A DNA stretch of 64,000 bases, from assembly GCF_964355755.1 (NCBI RefSeq), contig NC_092677.1:17692101-17756100 (forward strand), in the 5' to 3' direction. Below, piece by piece: positions 26,906 through 39,975 of this stretch. The DNA is from Antedon mediterranea (lineage: Eukaryota; Animalia; Echinodermata). The notes under the pieces are model-generated. The model saw only the letters and a list, made by a program, of their open reading frames with translations, searched no databases and was not told the origin of the DNA. The number at the start of each line of letters is the position of its first letter. Position 1 is the first letter of the stretch. Both the position numbers and the translations under genes were made by a program.

Positions 26906-28031
26906 AGACATGTGGTCAATTTTAGAGGCAGTCGGAACCAGGGTCCCAATTCTAGACCACATTTTAGTATTATTTTCAGACCTGCTAGTGTTAAAAGGAG
27001 ACAATTTTCAAAAGCCGGCGAGCAGTCTTAAAGTAACAAGTAAACTGAAATTGCATTTTCTCACAGGAACTAGAGTACTTTTCTGTTTTATATAAATTCT
27101 ATGATTGTTACCGGATTGTTAAATGTTTAACCTTGTTTCTGTTATTTTGCCACCAGCACTATCAGGAGAGTCTATTATAGCGATATTTTTGCTTTTTGAC
27201 AATCCGCCAGGATAGTGTCCTGCGTTTTTCTATGCTTGTTTTTGTTTTATGTAATTTATGCTTTTTGTATTATTGTTTTTATTTTTCTGGATAAAAAATG
27301 AATATGAATATGAATACTTGTCTAAAAAACATTAACTTTTGTAAAAGAGGCAAGAGTTATAATTTGTGATTCAGAATTTTCAAAAATAATTTGATTTATA
27401 ATGTACAAGTTTTATTTTACGTATTTTTAATTCACCTGTTTGTTTTGGGCGTTTCTGTTCTATTGTTAGTCAACTGATACTATTGTTAGTTGAAAGGCTG
27501 GCTACATAACCATTACACCAAATTCTCATACACATGGTTGTAGTGAAATTATCCTAAATCACAAACAGCATTAAGACACAAAAATAAAAAAACTATATAC
27601 TAGTATTTGTTGTTTCCGGTGAAATCTTATGTAGGACAATTTTACAGTAGGGGGAGGAATGCACTCTCGGAGTGCTATTCTAGTTATTATAGGCATTATT
27701 AACTATGTTTGACGTTAACCTACTGTATGGAGAGTAAATGTTTGCTCTTTAATTGATCATCTGATTTTAGGTCAAATTATAAAAATTGTTTCACAGAAAA
27801 TGTTGTTGAAGCATTTCTGGTGAGCAAAATCAATTGGGGTTTTAAAAACTGTCTTTTGGTGGGGCCCATTGACTTGGATTGGTAAAGAAATACTGTACAA
27901 AATATGGGGTTCTCTGTACTTGATCCTAATAGTTAATACATAGCAGCATTCTAATGCCCTCAACTATGTAGCTGTTGAGTCTAAAAGTTATTCTTTAGCA
28001 TGAACACAATGATGGTAAAGCCTCAACAGCT

Positions 28032-28415
28032 AATAATAATAATAATAATAATATTTATTCGGCAAAAGTTCTTAAGGGTATGTTTTCCATTTCATCTTGC
28101 CAGGAGCAAGTATTAGGCATGAGCTCAAACAGAAAACTGCTCTTACTTCATCATTATTATAAAATACAAAAATAACAAAACTAAGTAGTACAAATTAATT
28201 AAAAACAAAACAAAGTTATAATGGAATACACCAATTAAGAATAAGCTGCATTGAATAAACATAAATAATATAAACAATTACAACTTAATATTTTGAGATC
28301 AAATGTTTGGTGAGTTGGGCTTTAAAGCCTGAAATTGTAGCACATTGTTTAATTTCATTTGGAAGTTGCGGTATTCTTGGATGCATCAGGGAAACGAAAC
28401 GCTGAATGTTCTGAA
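28032..28415 (-). mobile_element. L2/CR1-group LINE 3' end with a (TAT)n tail
   Basis: Minus strand encodes QLPNEIKQCATISGFKAQLTKHLISKY*, then a 3' UTR, AATAAA and a (TAT)n tail at ~28032-28060. Confidence 0.75.
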
Positions 28416-28729
28416 TTAAAAACCTAAATTCATTTCTTTGTAAAGTAAGTCCATACAATAGCATTCATTTTAAATTTTATTGCAGTTTAATCACTAAAAG
28501 ACTAAAATTACTTGTACACTACAATTACTTGTACACTACAATGTTATGTAACTTTTAAGCATACACTACTAATCCTGCATAAAATTCTTGTTAAACTACA
28601 CATTAAAACTCAGACTAATCCTAAACATCAGTCATACAATGACTTTAACACAAATTTGGTTTTTCTTTCGAGGCCAAACTAGTTTCAGATTAGTTCTGAA
28701 GATTATTAATCAAAGCCTAGACTAAAAAG

Positions 28730-31030
28730 TCAAATCTGTTTTCAAACAATTGGACTACAAAAACAATTATACAAAACAAAGTAAATTTAAGGTATTAGGT
28801 AACAAAATCAATGATTTAAATCCATTTGTTGTCAAATAGAACTTAAAGTCTTTGAAGATAATCTTTAGTTACCTATAACCTTTGAAAGTATTTTTTTAAA
28901 CAAATCTGGCTTGTTTGAGGTTGAAACAATATGTAGTTTATCGACAAATCCTAAATTGAATATATTTGTTTTCCTCTACTGTTATCTAGTATAAGAATCA
29001 CTTCAGATTTATCTTATAATGTCTGGCAAAACGAATGAATAAAGACTTCTCAATACACATGATTAATAAAGTCAAATCTATCCATTGACCTAAGTAGTGT
29101 TGACTAATCTTAACCTATCGTACCAGATTCTTAGGAAAATTAGAGTATAGATTTTGTATTGACTACAGTACTAAATAATATGTTCTCAACTCAAAGAGCA
29201 TCCCTTTCATACATGCCAATACTCCCATTTTGGCTTGAATATTTATATTATATCTCCAGGCTAACATAAGATCATGTTGCCAGTTTTTCACATTTTCTCT
29301 CAGATTAAAAAGAAATGTTGTTTAACACAAGCAAATTTGTAGAAAATCTGCAGTCATAAAATTTATAAAAAATCTTATGAACGGAAGGAGATTCCTCTCT
29401 CTGCGTTTATCTCCTGGATTCGTAGAGGGCATGAAGATATACTGTGTATTTTTTTAACTTCATATGTCGGGATGGTTGTCAATTTGAAGTACTAAACACT
29501 TACTAAGAAATCATGCCCGACTAAGACCGCATTTACACTTCATCGACGATTTATTAGCCGGCTTTCTTTTAAGCCCGCAATGTGTTTACACTTACCCAAA
29601 AAGCCAGCCTCGGGCCCCTACTATTGTGTTTACACTTGTTCTCGCGGAAGAGTGCTCGATGATACGATTTTGTTACATTCACGTCATATCCGCGCCACCA
29701 ACCGTCTTAAAAAGTTATTATTAGCGTTGTCGATCTACACTAGGCCTAGGCCTAATGGATTTTATCAAATAAGAATCAAATAACGGTATTTATTATGGAT
29801 CAAAACAATTGTATTATTGCTTTACTACTAATGTTTGCGTCTCGTTTTCTGAAGAATAGTAGTAGATCAATTCATCTTCACAAATTAAATTTCATTGAAG
29901 AAACTGTTCGGTTTCGTAAACTTTAAACTATAGCGAATGTTTACACTATACGAAGTGTTGGCCCGAAGCCCGCAATTGCCGGTCCGAAGCCTACTCTAGA
30001 CTAGAATTAAAATTGCGCCGGCTCGGCTGTTCCCAGAGTGTTTACACTTGTACACTGTTGGCTCAGAGCCGGCCTCGGCCTCGCTAAAAGCTAAAGTGTA
30101 TTTGCTACAAAAACTGTACTGTAAAGTGTATAAAACAAAATATTGCTCATTTCTTATTGATTCTTCATAATATCTTTTAAAAAATTACTTTTATGCTTCA
30201 CTGTAGTTTTCAAACAGAAATGGTAGACTCCATCTTTCCAATTTTCTAATCTTATTATGTACAGTAGCTAGGGTTAGTTTTTTAGGCTTAGCTGGTAACA
30301 TACAAACGTTGTAGGCCTAGCCTGGCATTTGTCTAGTTGCTGCATTAATTGTCTTTCTTTTTTTGGCAGATTCTGTTAATACAAATAGGGGAAGACCTTC
30401 CATTTATTTTGCCCTTACGATCGATCGTGGGTGCATCACAGAAGCAAAACGAAAATATCAATCTATGCGTGATGCATGCTGGTATTTATAGCAGGCCGCT
30501 TAAATTTGTGTTTCCTTGACATACAGCGGCGGCAATTGTTTTCACCAAATTGGTTCCTAATAGCCGTTATCGACAGCAATCGTGACTAAGCTAAAAAGTA
30601 TATATTATTTTTTTTTACAACAAGCAAACACTTACTAGTTTTGAAATTTTCAACTAGCAATTATGAAAAATCTACTATCAAAATGCTAGTTTGCTTGCGT
30701 GAATTTCGAGCCCTGAATGAAACGTAAAGACTAAAACTAAACATCCAAGATAAAATTAGACTGGGATTTAAATAATTATATAACTTAAATGTAGCCAATT
30801 CTAAAGAGCTCACACAAATCTGACATTATAGATTGTAGGAGACATGTTATAAACTATATAGACAAAGCTGGCTGTGAATACTAAAGACATTGACTTTAGA
30901 AAAATCCAAGTCGATCAAATCTATGTCTAAACAAAAACCACTAGAAAGCAACAGACAATGTAAATTAAGGTATTAGGTAAGGAATTTAAATGATTACATT
31001 ATTCTAAATCCATTTGTCATCAAATAAAAC
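28730..31030 (+). repeat. Diverged direct duplication (~28730-28845 and ~30915-31030)
   Basis: TCAAATCT...GTAAAT(T)TAAGGTATTAGGTAA...TAAATCCATTTGT..TCAAATA.AACT occurs in both copies. Confidence 0.6.
29525..30100 (-). mobile_element. PIF/Harbinger-like non-autonomous element (copy 2, inverted relative to 20652-21528, one TIR truncated)
   Basis: TAA|GACCGCATTTACACTTCATCGACGATTTATTAGCCGGC. The body is the reverse complement of copy 1, and the spurious ORFs 21176- and 29580+ share KPASGPYYCVYTCSRGRVLDDTI. Confidence 0.88.
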
Positions 31031-34000
31031 TAAGAAATTTACACTAATCTTAAACATCTAATCTTATGGAACACAATTCTCCCTAAGGTCAAACTATCAA
31101 ATGATGTATAATTGGTAAAGAATTCGTCTACACATATTGATAATGTTTCTAAAGACAGTTTCTTCTGTTTTTCAATTCATAAAATTACAAAAAAATATTG
31201 AAAAATAAAATAGGCCTACACACAGATTTCTGCTAAATGTGTGCACAAAAACTTGTTGGTAGTCAACTAAAACTGTTTCATGGTTGAAATTTAATGTTAC
31301 TAACCAGAGAGATTATTAAATTATACCTTTTGTAACGTACAATCGATTCGATTTAATTAACTGGTTATTTAACATTTGTCTCGTTTCTGTTCTCAAGAAC
31401 TTTATTCACAAACTATCTAAACTGGTTACCAGGTGTATATACACGCACTAGTCCATTCTATGCACGCTTTAATAAGCTGATCCAAATCATTTATTTAAAG
31501 CTATGTCCACATGCACTAGAGTTAACTCCATTCTATGCATGCTTAAGTTGATCCGAATCATATCAAAGTTAAATCCGTTAACTTACACCTCTGTCGTATT
31601 AATTATGTACATAACTGAATGTGATGCTACTGTATGCTTCCCACAAGTGGGTTATTAAATGCTTTTTTGTGTAACATATTAAACAGCAATTTAACTCCGA
31701 TTCAGAAAGAGTGCGTATAAACCTAATTATTGAGTATCATAAATTGGAGTACATCCAGTGTCATACTGTAGGATGAAGAATCATGTTTTTTGATGTTGGG
31801 GCATCGTTTGTCCTGGCACAAGCATGATGATTTGAAACAAGGAGTTGGTAATATGTACAGAAACTCACTATTGTACCACTAATGATTTATAAAAACATGT
31901 TTTTGACTGTCAAGATACTTTTAAACTGTAAAATCTCTAATTATGCTGCCATGTATATTGATATTGTCAGGTAATCCATAAACTGTAAAATAGTTTTATG
32001 CCTAAACAGGGCTAACTTAAATGTCCCACAGGAAATATGCTAAAATGGTGGTGTTGATGGATCAGTGGCACCTCAATAACGGAATAACTCAAGTGTTGTA
32101 GTTTGAAGTTGTCATACATTTCCTACATATATTTTATAAACAAGTAAAAAATCATCATTGACAAGATTTATCAAACAAAAGTCAAAAGTCTTGTGCGTAA
32201 AACAAATGGTAGCAATTCCAATAACAAATTATTCAATTAATTGTTAAAATTTATTTGTTAAGCTACTTTAGATTGAAGATGAGCGAATTAATTGCGAAAG
32301 AAAGGTAGTAACCCTTTGTTTTTTTTAGATAATGGAATTGGAAGAACATTTTGTTTTTTTCTTGCTTATTAAAACCACTTTTATTGTACAAAGCTATTTT
32401 AAACAGCAAAGCCTGCATGCATGTTTGTAATGGCTAAGCCTAGTTTTCATACAAAAAAGCTGCAGTGCGCAGTCACCATGATACACACTAGTAGGTTGTG
32501 ATTATGGAAACAATACGATTAAGATTATGTTGACAACAACTACTAAAAAGAGCATTGCACAATATTATTGAATGTCCCCGTTTTTACTGTTTCACTGAAG
32601 GCCTTTGATTTTTACAATACAGTAGGGCTGTTTTACCTATGTTTTAAAAATGTCGTCAAGATCTTAGTGTTTTAAGGTTTTAATTTGATTATCAAACCTC
32701 CATTTTCCTCAATTAAAATCCAGTTCAATCGTTTGCCCAAATGTTACCTTAGATAAAGACTGTTAGTGTTATGTTTAGTTTAATGTATAAAGCATGTTGT
32801 CATACAATAAAAAAAAGTATGGGATACTGTCAACATTAATTTTGCTTTATGTTGACCATTTTTATTTTATCATTCATACATGATGGCTTACACTTTTATT
32901 AGTCATAGACGAGAAACAAGATACAACTACACCAATGGGACTTAACATAATTTGTTGCCAAAAAACAACATATTAATACACAAATTAACTACATAGAAAA
33001 TTTAGCCTACAACAAAGATGAAAAAGTTGATATTGGCCATTATCTATGAGCCGGTGAATTATAGTTGATTTGTCCAAGGGCTTCGTGTCCGGTCAGCCGG
33101 CATTTCAAATTATAATTATATATCTTAAGATATTAAATTGTGCGTCCATCACCGTTTAAAATAAAAGTGGGATGTCGCATTACATTAGGTCGATTACGGG
33201 TACTGGCACAACCTTTGGGAAAAGAGGACCTACAGAGAGGATACGTGACTTGTACGCACCCACGTTGAGCTGGTCAGCGATCGCAGTGATTGACGTTAAA
33301 CGTGAACGTAAATGACCAATTATGTCAAAGTACTTGTAAAACATCAGTGAGCGGAGTAATAAGCAAGTCTGCTGACATGCTTTGAAGAGAATTACATCAA
33401 ATTGCTTGTGTGCTGTAAGTGTATTTGGCACTGTGACGAAGCATAGCACTTTGTTTCTACACGCTAGGTCACAAGTTCAATGATTATTTTCTTTTATATT
33501 AAACATGTATTGAATTCAGTTTTCGAACTAAACAAATATTAGTACTAAGTAACCAAGTATAGTCCCAGGGGCCTGATTATGAAATTTGCCAACAATTAGG
33601 GGGACATGGTATTGACTGTTTATTAGCATTATATTAATAGATTACTAAAGTCCTGTGTCTGAAGTTAGCCTAAATTAGGGGGTGGGATTATACTTTGAGC
33701 ATGGGATTAAACTAGGCCATAATAAATTCTGTAAAGTTCATGTTCCCGAATGTTCATAATTTTCAGATCAGACGCAAACGCAAATTTGGAATTAACACAG
33801 TGCAACTCTACTCTGTATGTTAGATGTTACTTTAAAGATGTTCCCCCAAAAAGATGAAAAATGAAGATTAATAAAATCAGACTACATCAACAAAAAGTGA
33901 GTTACCAAATGTTGTGCTGAACGAAAAGAAAGAGAAATAATAACCCTGTTTGATGCAACTAAAGATAACAAGATATTTCAAGAACATTAAAATGTTAAAC

Positions 34001-35291
34001 AAAAGTAGTGAATATGAACTTTGGTAATGAATAAATATTATAATTACTTACATTTAATGTTGAATCACTCCCACTAATTCCTTCAGAGATTTTCTATAAA
34101 ATCAACACATGAAAATTAGTTATATTCAAAGAGAGAAACGCAAAATCTATATGGCGCTGAATGTGAAGCGCTAGAAATCATGTCAAAATAATTTTACTGC
34201 AGTTAATATTTTTACTTTAATAATATGATTTTAGTTTTGATAAAGATGTTTAGTTTTGGCATAAACAGTGTAGTTTAAAGAATTGAGAAATATTTGTTGA
34301 AAAGTAAACAATATGTAGTTATTGAAACAACTGCAATAGAATAATTTTGCTTTTCTTCAGATAATATGTTCTCTCCCCTTCGATGAGATGTTAATATTAA
34401 AGAATATGTAATAAATAAGCATTTATAATGCAACATATATTAAATGGAATTTCTCATCATAGGTGCAGTGTACATACAGGACAATTATAAAAGTAAAAAC
34501 AATGTTTAATGCATAAACGCATTGGATATTATCAAATGCATTTATGCACATAATAATATACAACAGGGAATAGTCTCACTGTAGAAATATTAACATTTGG
34601 ATTTTTTCCGAGCTCCACCCACTAAAAAAAGATCCAAGGATTTAAAAAATAGATATCAAAGGATAGCTTGAAATATGCATGAATGAGCTGGATAATAAAG
34701 AGATGAACATTTCTCAAGATGTTTCACTTACTGATGTGGAACACAAGAAGTTTAATATTAAATTAAAAAATAACCAGTACATTGTAATTACAAGGACAAG
34801 GAGGTTATATTTTAATCTGCGATAAATATTTGTTATTCTGTAGAAATCAAGACCAGGATCCCAATTCTGGACCACATCTTTATTCAAACCCCAAAAAGAA
34901 TAGAGTTCTAAGGAAGACTCCAATAATTTTTTGAAATAAATCCAGACCAGGATTCCAATTCTGGACTGTAGGATGATGGCTAAATTGTGACTTGTCATTG
35001 TCATTAACTGAAAACTACATAATGTTTATGTTGATGAATGACAACATCCGCAACCTACTGTACATAATTTCAATAATAAACAAACTATATTACATAATTA
35101 TAGAATTCCTTGTTTTCGCCTACACCAGGGCTGTAGTTCGGTATTTTAAACAATAGAAACTTATTAAATCATTATTTTTTAATTTTGGAGGTCAGCCTTG
35201 TCAGGGGTGTGTAATAATCTCTGATTTCTCTTGTTTAAAATTGCATGGTACATACTGTATACTAACAGTATTTCATATTTTTATTCCTTAC

Positions 35292-35417
35292 CTGTAGATC
35301 AGAATTTCTTTTCTGTGGGGTGATTTCTTCATCAAAAGAACTATCAATTTTTTGGACCTGATCTGTAACGCTTGAAATTTGAGTTTTTTCTTCAATTATC
35401 CTCTCACCTTCTTTGGA
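35292..35417 (-). CDS. SOWAH: SOWAH-like gene coding exon 4 (SKEGERIIEEKTQISSVTDQVQKIDSSFDEEITPQKRNSDLQ)
   Basis: Acceptor GGTTAG and donor CAG|GTAAGG; 126 nt, phase 0/0, open and in frame with exon 3. Confidence 0.75.
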
Positions 35418-35534
35418 CTAACCATGGAAATATTCAGGAAATAAAAACATACAATAAAATAAAATTAAAAGGGTTTAACAAATAACAAACAACATAAAAA
35501 GGTATTGTACGACTAAAATTTATGAAGCTGATTA

Positions 35535-37280
35535 AATGATGATGACGGTAGTGTGGGAAAAATGATGATTGATGGTGGTGGTTCAGATGATAGTAGTAGC
35601 AGCACTGGTGATGATATTGGTGATGGCAGCGGTGGTGATGAGGATGATGCTGTTGATAATGTTGGTGATGGCAGCATTGGTGATGGCAGCAGTGGTGATG
35701 ATGTTGGTGATGGCAGCGGTGGTGTTGAGGATGATGCTGGTGATGATGTTGGTGATGCAGCAGTGGTGATGATGGGATAATGGCAACAGTTGTGATGATG
35801 TTGGTGATGGCAGCGGTGGTGATGAGGATGATGCTGGTGATGATGTTGGTGATAGCAGCAGTGGTGATGGCAGCGGTGGTAATGAGGATGATGCTGGTGA
35901 TGATGTTGGTGATGGCAGCGGTGGTGATGAGGATGATGCTGGTGATGATGTTGGTAATGGAAATAGTGGCGATGAGGATGATGCTGGTGATGATGTTGGT
36001 GATAGCAGCAGTGGTGATGATGGGGTAATGGCAGCGGTGGTGACGAGGAAGATGCTGGTGATGATGGCTGGAGGTGATGAGGATGATGCTGGTGATGATA
36101 GCAGTGCTGATGATGGGGTAATTGCAGCGGTGGTGATGAGGATGATGCTGGTGATGATGTTGGTGATGGCAGCGATGGTGATGATGGGTTAATGGCAACG
36201 TGGTGATGACAATGATGCTGAAGATGATGTTGGTGATGGCAGCAGTGGTGATGAGGATGATGCTGGGGTGATGGTAGCAGTGGTGATGATGTTGGTGATG
36301 GCACTGGCAGAGGATGATGCTGGTGATGATGTTGGTGATGGCAGCGATGGTGATGATGGGTTAATGGCAACGTGGTGATGACAATGATGCTGATGATGGC
36401 AGCAGTGGTGATGAGGATGATGCTGGTGATGATGTTGGTGATGGCAGCGGTGGTGATGATGGGTTAATGGCAACGTGGTGATGACAATGATGCTGAAGAT
36501 GATGTTGGTGATGGCAGCGGTGGTGATGAGGATGATGCTGGGGTGATGGCAGCAGTGGTGATTATGTTGGTGATGGCACTGGCAGCAGTGGTGATGAAAA
36601 TGATTCTGGTGGTGAGGATGATGCAAGTTATGATAGTGTTAACAACTGTGGTGATGATGTTGGTGATGGCAGCGGTGGTGATAAGGATGATGCTGGTGAT
36701 AATGTTGGTGATAGCAGCAGTGGTGATGATGGGGTGATGGCAGCGGTGGTGATGAGGATGATGTTGGTGATGATGGTTTAATGGCAACGATGGTGATGAT
36801 AATGATGCTTGGTGATGGCAGTGGTGGTGATGTGGATGATGCTGGGGTGATGGCAGCAGTGGTGATGATGTTGGTGGCAGCGGTGAGATTGAAGATTGAT
36901 GATTCTGGTGATGATGGGGGTGATAGCAGCGGTGGTGAGGATGATGTTAGTTATGATGGTGTTGACGACTGTGGTGATGATGGAGGTAGTGGTGATGATA
37001 AGGATGATGCTAGTTATTGATGGTATTGATGCTAGTTATGATGATGGTATATATCAGTGGTGATGACGGGATGATGGCGGAGGTGGTGGTAGGGAAAATT
37101 TTGGTGATGATGTTGGTGATGGCAGCGGTGGTGATGATGGGTTAATGGCAACGTGGTGATGACAATGATGCTGAAGATGATGTTGGTGATGGCAGCGGTG
37201 GTGATGAGGATGATGCTGGTGATGATGGTGGTGATGGCAGTGGTGGTGATCAGGGTGACATTGGTGATGAAGATAGTGAT
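35535..37280. repeat. ~1.7-kb GAT/GGT/GCA low-complexity cryptic satellite in SOWAH intron 3
   Basis: Recurrent modules GATGATGTTGGTGATGGCAGCGGTGGTGATGAGGATGATGCTGGT and GGGTTAATGGCAACGTGGTGATGACAATGATGCTGAAG; source of the many His/Thr/Met-rich spurious ORFs. Confidence 0.95.
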
Positions 37281-37438
37281 AGTTCAAAAAAATTTCAAGG
37301 AAGGAATGGAACTGAAATTATACTGGGTATAAATACTAAACACAGTACACTGTAATTCTATAATTTAATGTATGATAAAAGTTAATGTGTTCAAATTATT
37401 AACTATCATTGTGGATCATGGGGATAACTGAGACTTAC

Positions 37439-37897
37439 ACGTAAAAAATCGGTTTGTCCTGATGGCCCAGTGTAACTATTATCCAGAGAGTCGTTCATAT
37501 CTACTGATGCCATCACAAACTCTTCTTGAGTCCTTTCATCAACAAATTGCTTTTCCTTTTCCTTTAACCGTTCTTCCTGCTGTTTCATATTTTCTTCTTG
37601 TATCCTTCTTAACTCCTGTTCTTCTCTTTTTGCTGCAGCTTTTCGTTCACTTTCTAATCGCCTTTCTCTTTCCCGCTTTGCAGTCTGTCTTAAATTGTCT
37701 GCCTGTCGTTTCTCTTCTTCTCTTTGTTCGATCTGTTCTCGCCACCTTGATTCAGTGATGGATTGATTAAGTGACTTTTCTAATGGACCCTGTTCATATT
37801 GATGTGGGTGTCCAATCCGCCGTTGTCGTGGAGAGGAATCTGAATCAACTGATTCTTTTTCTCTAAATTTCTTCCTTAACACAATGAATTTAGTACC
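37439..37897 (-). CDS. SOWAH: SOWAH-like gene coding exon 3 (GTKFIVLRKKFREKE...SGQTDFLR), including a charged coiled-coil segment
   Basis: Acceptor TTTTATTTATAG|GGT and donor CGT|GTAAGT; 459 nt, phase 0/0. GTKFIVLRKK completes the SOWAH N-terminal motif (GVKYIVLKK-like). Confidence 0.88.
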
Positions 37898-38163
37898 CTA
37901 TAAATAAAATTAATGTAATCGAGTATGAAGAAACATCAAATAATGCTATCATACACAACCTACAGTATTATTGATATCCAATTTAAAAAATTGTCTGTTG
38001 AAATAAATACCAGTAACCATTATTCTGTCAAATTCGAAAGTATAATTTTTGTTTGCCCTATAAAAAATCTTGATTTTATTAATCTTTATTTGTCATGTTT
38101 CAGGGGACAATACAGTAATACAGTATTTAAACATTTACATGAGAAACTTAACTGTATACTCAC

Positions 38164-38225
38164 ATTTTCATCTTTTTTCACAGCCACTTGATTAATACAT
38201 TCCTTGAAACGTTGTCTGTAATATT
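38164..38225 (-). CDS. SOWAH: SOWAH-like gene coding exon 2 ((E)YYRQRFKECINQVAVKKDEN)
   Basis: Acceptor TTCCACAG and donor AAT|GTGAGT. At 62 nt it bridges phase 1 to phase 0 exactly, and it matches the SOWAH 'FKxFVNxVAxVK' motif. Confidence 0.88.
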
Positions 38226-38536
38226 CTGTGGAATTTCAATCAATTTAATTTTTTTTAAACACAAATGTTAAATTGTAATATTCAAATTTTTACAAACTAC
38301 CCTATCCATCACTCACAAATTTCACTTATTATTCATCTATACAGTACTTTTGTTCATTGTTTTGACTAAGTATTATAACAAATGAGGTATGTGAACCTAT
38401 CAGGCACTGTGAAAAGGAAGCTATCAGATGAAATTCTTTTGATGTAGTTCCTTCATTGTTTCCAATTGTTATCTGTGATTATTGACATTACAATACTGTA
38501 TATGTGTTGTGTTAAAACAGACCTTCTTAGTATAGT

Positions 38537-38567
38537 CATGGAGAACCTACTAACTTATTTCTCCATG
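38537..38567. mobile_element. 31-bp P-element-like inverted-repeat relic
   Basis: CATGGAGAA...TTCTCCATG flanked by GTATAGT / GTCTAGT (7-bp TSD, 1 mismatch). Confidence 0.55.
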
Positions 38568-39193
38568 GTCTAGTGAATGGTTGTAGTTGGCAGTGGGTGA
38601 TTAATTTTTGTTCGAGTAGTTCTGTTTAATATGAAATTTTGACTTTAAAGAATGAAGAATTTCTATCACAGTGCTATTCGAAACAGAGCTTTTAATTTAA
38701 AGGGTATTAAACCGGGATTGTGATCATTGCAAGGTCATTCATTGGGTTTGCCATTTGTTATAATTAAGGCTTTTTTTAATGTAAAAAAAAAGTTGTTATT
38801 GAAAATTGTCAGCGTCAAGTTTTGGATATATATTTTGGGTGTAAGGTTCCAGTGCTATATATTAAGTTCTTAATGTAATTGTGTGTAGCAACAAATGGTC
38901 TTCTATTACAGTATTATATATTTTTTTAACAAACATTCAACTGGCTGCATCTATGCGGGATGCCTAGTTGCAGATACAATTTCCAGGCTATATCTATTTC
39001 TATATAGCGCTCCCTATGTCTTTTGATAAAATACAGATGTTATATCGGTACATTGTAAGAAGCCGGTTGGATGGCTGAATGGGTAGTGCCTGGGTTTCGA
39101 AACACATTGTTGTACTATGCTAGGCCTATAGATAGCCTGGCTGGTAGTGTTGCCTTGCTCAGCAATATTACCAGTACCTACTACTAGCCTGCC

Positions 39194-39975
39194 GGCGCTA
39201 CTGCAGTTTCGCACCACACTGTTAAATCTTCGATTTATCGCTTAATTTTTTTTCTCACACCCACATCATACAATTTTGGGCCATTATGTAACATGTTTCC
39301 ATGATTTAGCCACCGTTATATTTACCTTTATCATAATAAAAAATGCCTTTCAAAACAGCTCCATTTCCGCGAATACCTCGATCGAACTGTGGCCATTTTA
39401 GAATCAGAAAATTGCCAGAAATCAATGTATGTTTTATTTTCTGCTTTTTATTTTTAAATTGCAAAGAGTGCTTTTTATAAAGAACCAGCTAGCTGTACAT
39501 ATCAAAACGGCGACGATATGAGTCTGTACATAAAACATTGATAGGACCTATTAATATGAATAATAATACTAATATTAATAATGAAATATTAATTAAACCT
39601 CTCTTTCGCCAGCTAAAAATATTTCTTGCCTTTTAAAACTAAATAGGCCTAGCCTAGGCGGGGGCCTAGGCCTATATGTGTAATCAGATTTTATAACACT
39701 GGCCTCTATAGTTTCTACATTTTTGGGGGAAAATGAAGCATACATTCTGGCAATTAAGTGATAAATATAAGATGGCGAACATTTCGCAGTGTGTTGACAT
39801 CGAGTTCAGTATTGTTTAAAATGTTTTGAAAAGTATTGTTATTTAAAAAAAATTACTTCGTAAGTGGTCGAATCTTATAAACATGTTACATAATATTATG
39901 TTGTGAGTGTGAAAAAGAAAAATTTAGGTGAGAAATCGAAGATATAACAGTGTGGTGCGAAACTGCAGTAGCGCC
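39194..39975. mobile_element. 782-bp Mutator (MULE)-like non-autonomous element in SOWAH intron 1
   Basis: Perfect 31-bp terminal IR GGCGCTACTGCAGTTTCGCACCACACTGTTA, extending imperfectly for ~100 bp; perfect 9-bp TSD TAGCCTGCC (39185-39193, 39976-39984). Confidence 0.9.

Noticed and set aside
21176-29783. Two ORFs sharing KPASGPYYCVYTCSRGRVLDDTI as a duplicated gene
   Set aside because: Both are translations of the two inverted Harbinger copies.
34714-35004. 96-aa minus-strand ORF as a SOWAH exon
   Set aside because: Hydrophobic AT-drift composition. It contains a duplicated ACCAGGAT(T)CCAATTCTGGAC motif also seen at ~26937, indicating repeat origin.
35434-37287. Multiple His-rich, Thr/Ile-rich and Met/Val-rich ORFs
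   Set aside because: Overlapping ORFs in all frames come from a triplet low-complexity repeat with frameshifts, and exons 3 and 4 splice cleanly across it.
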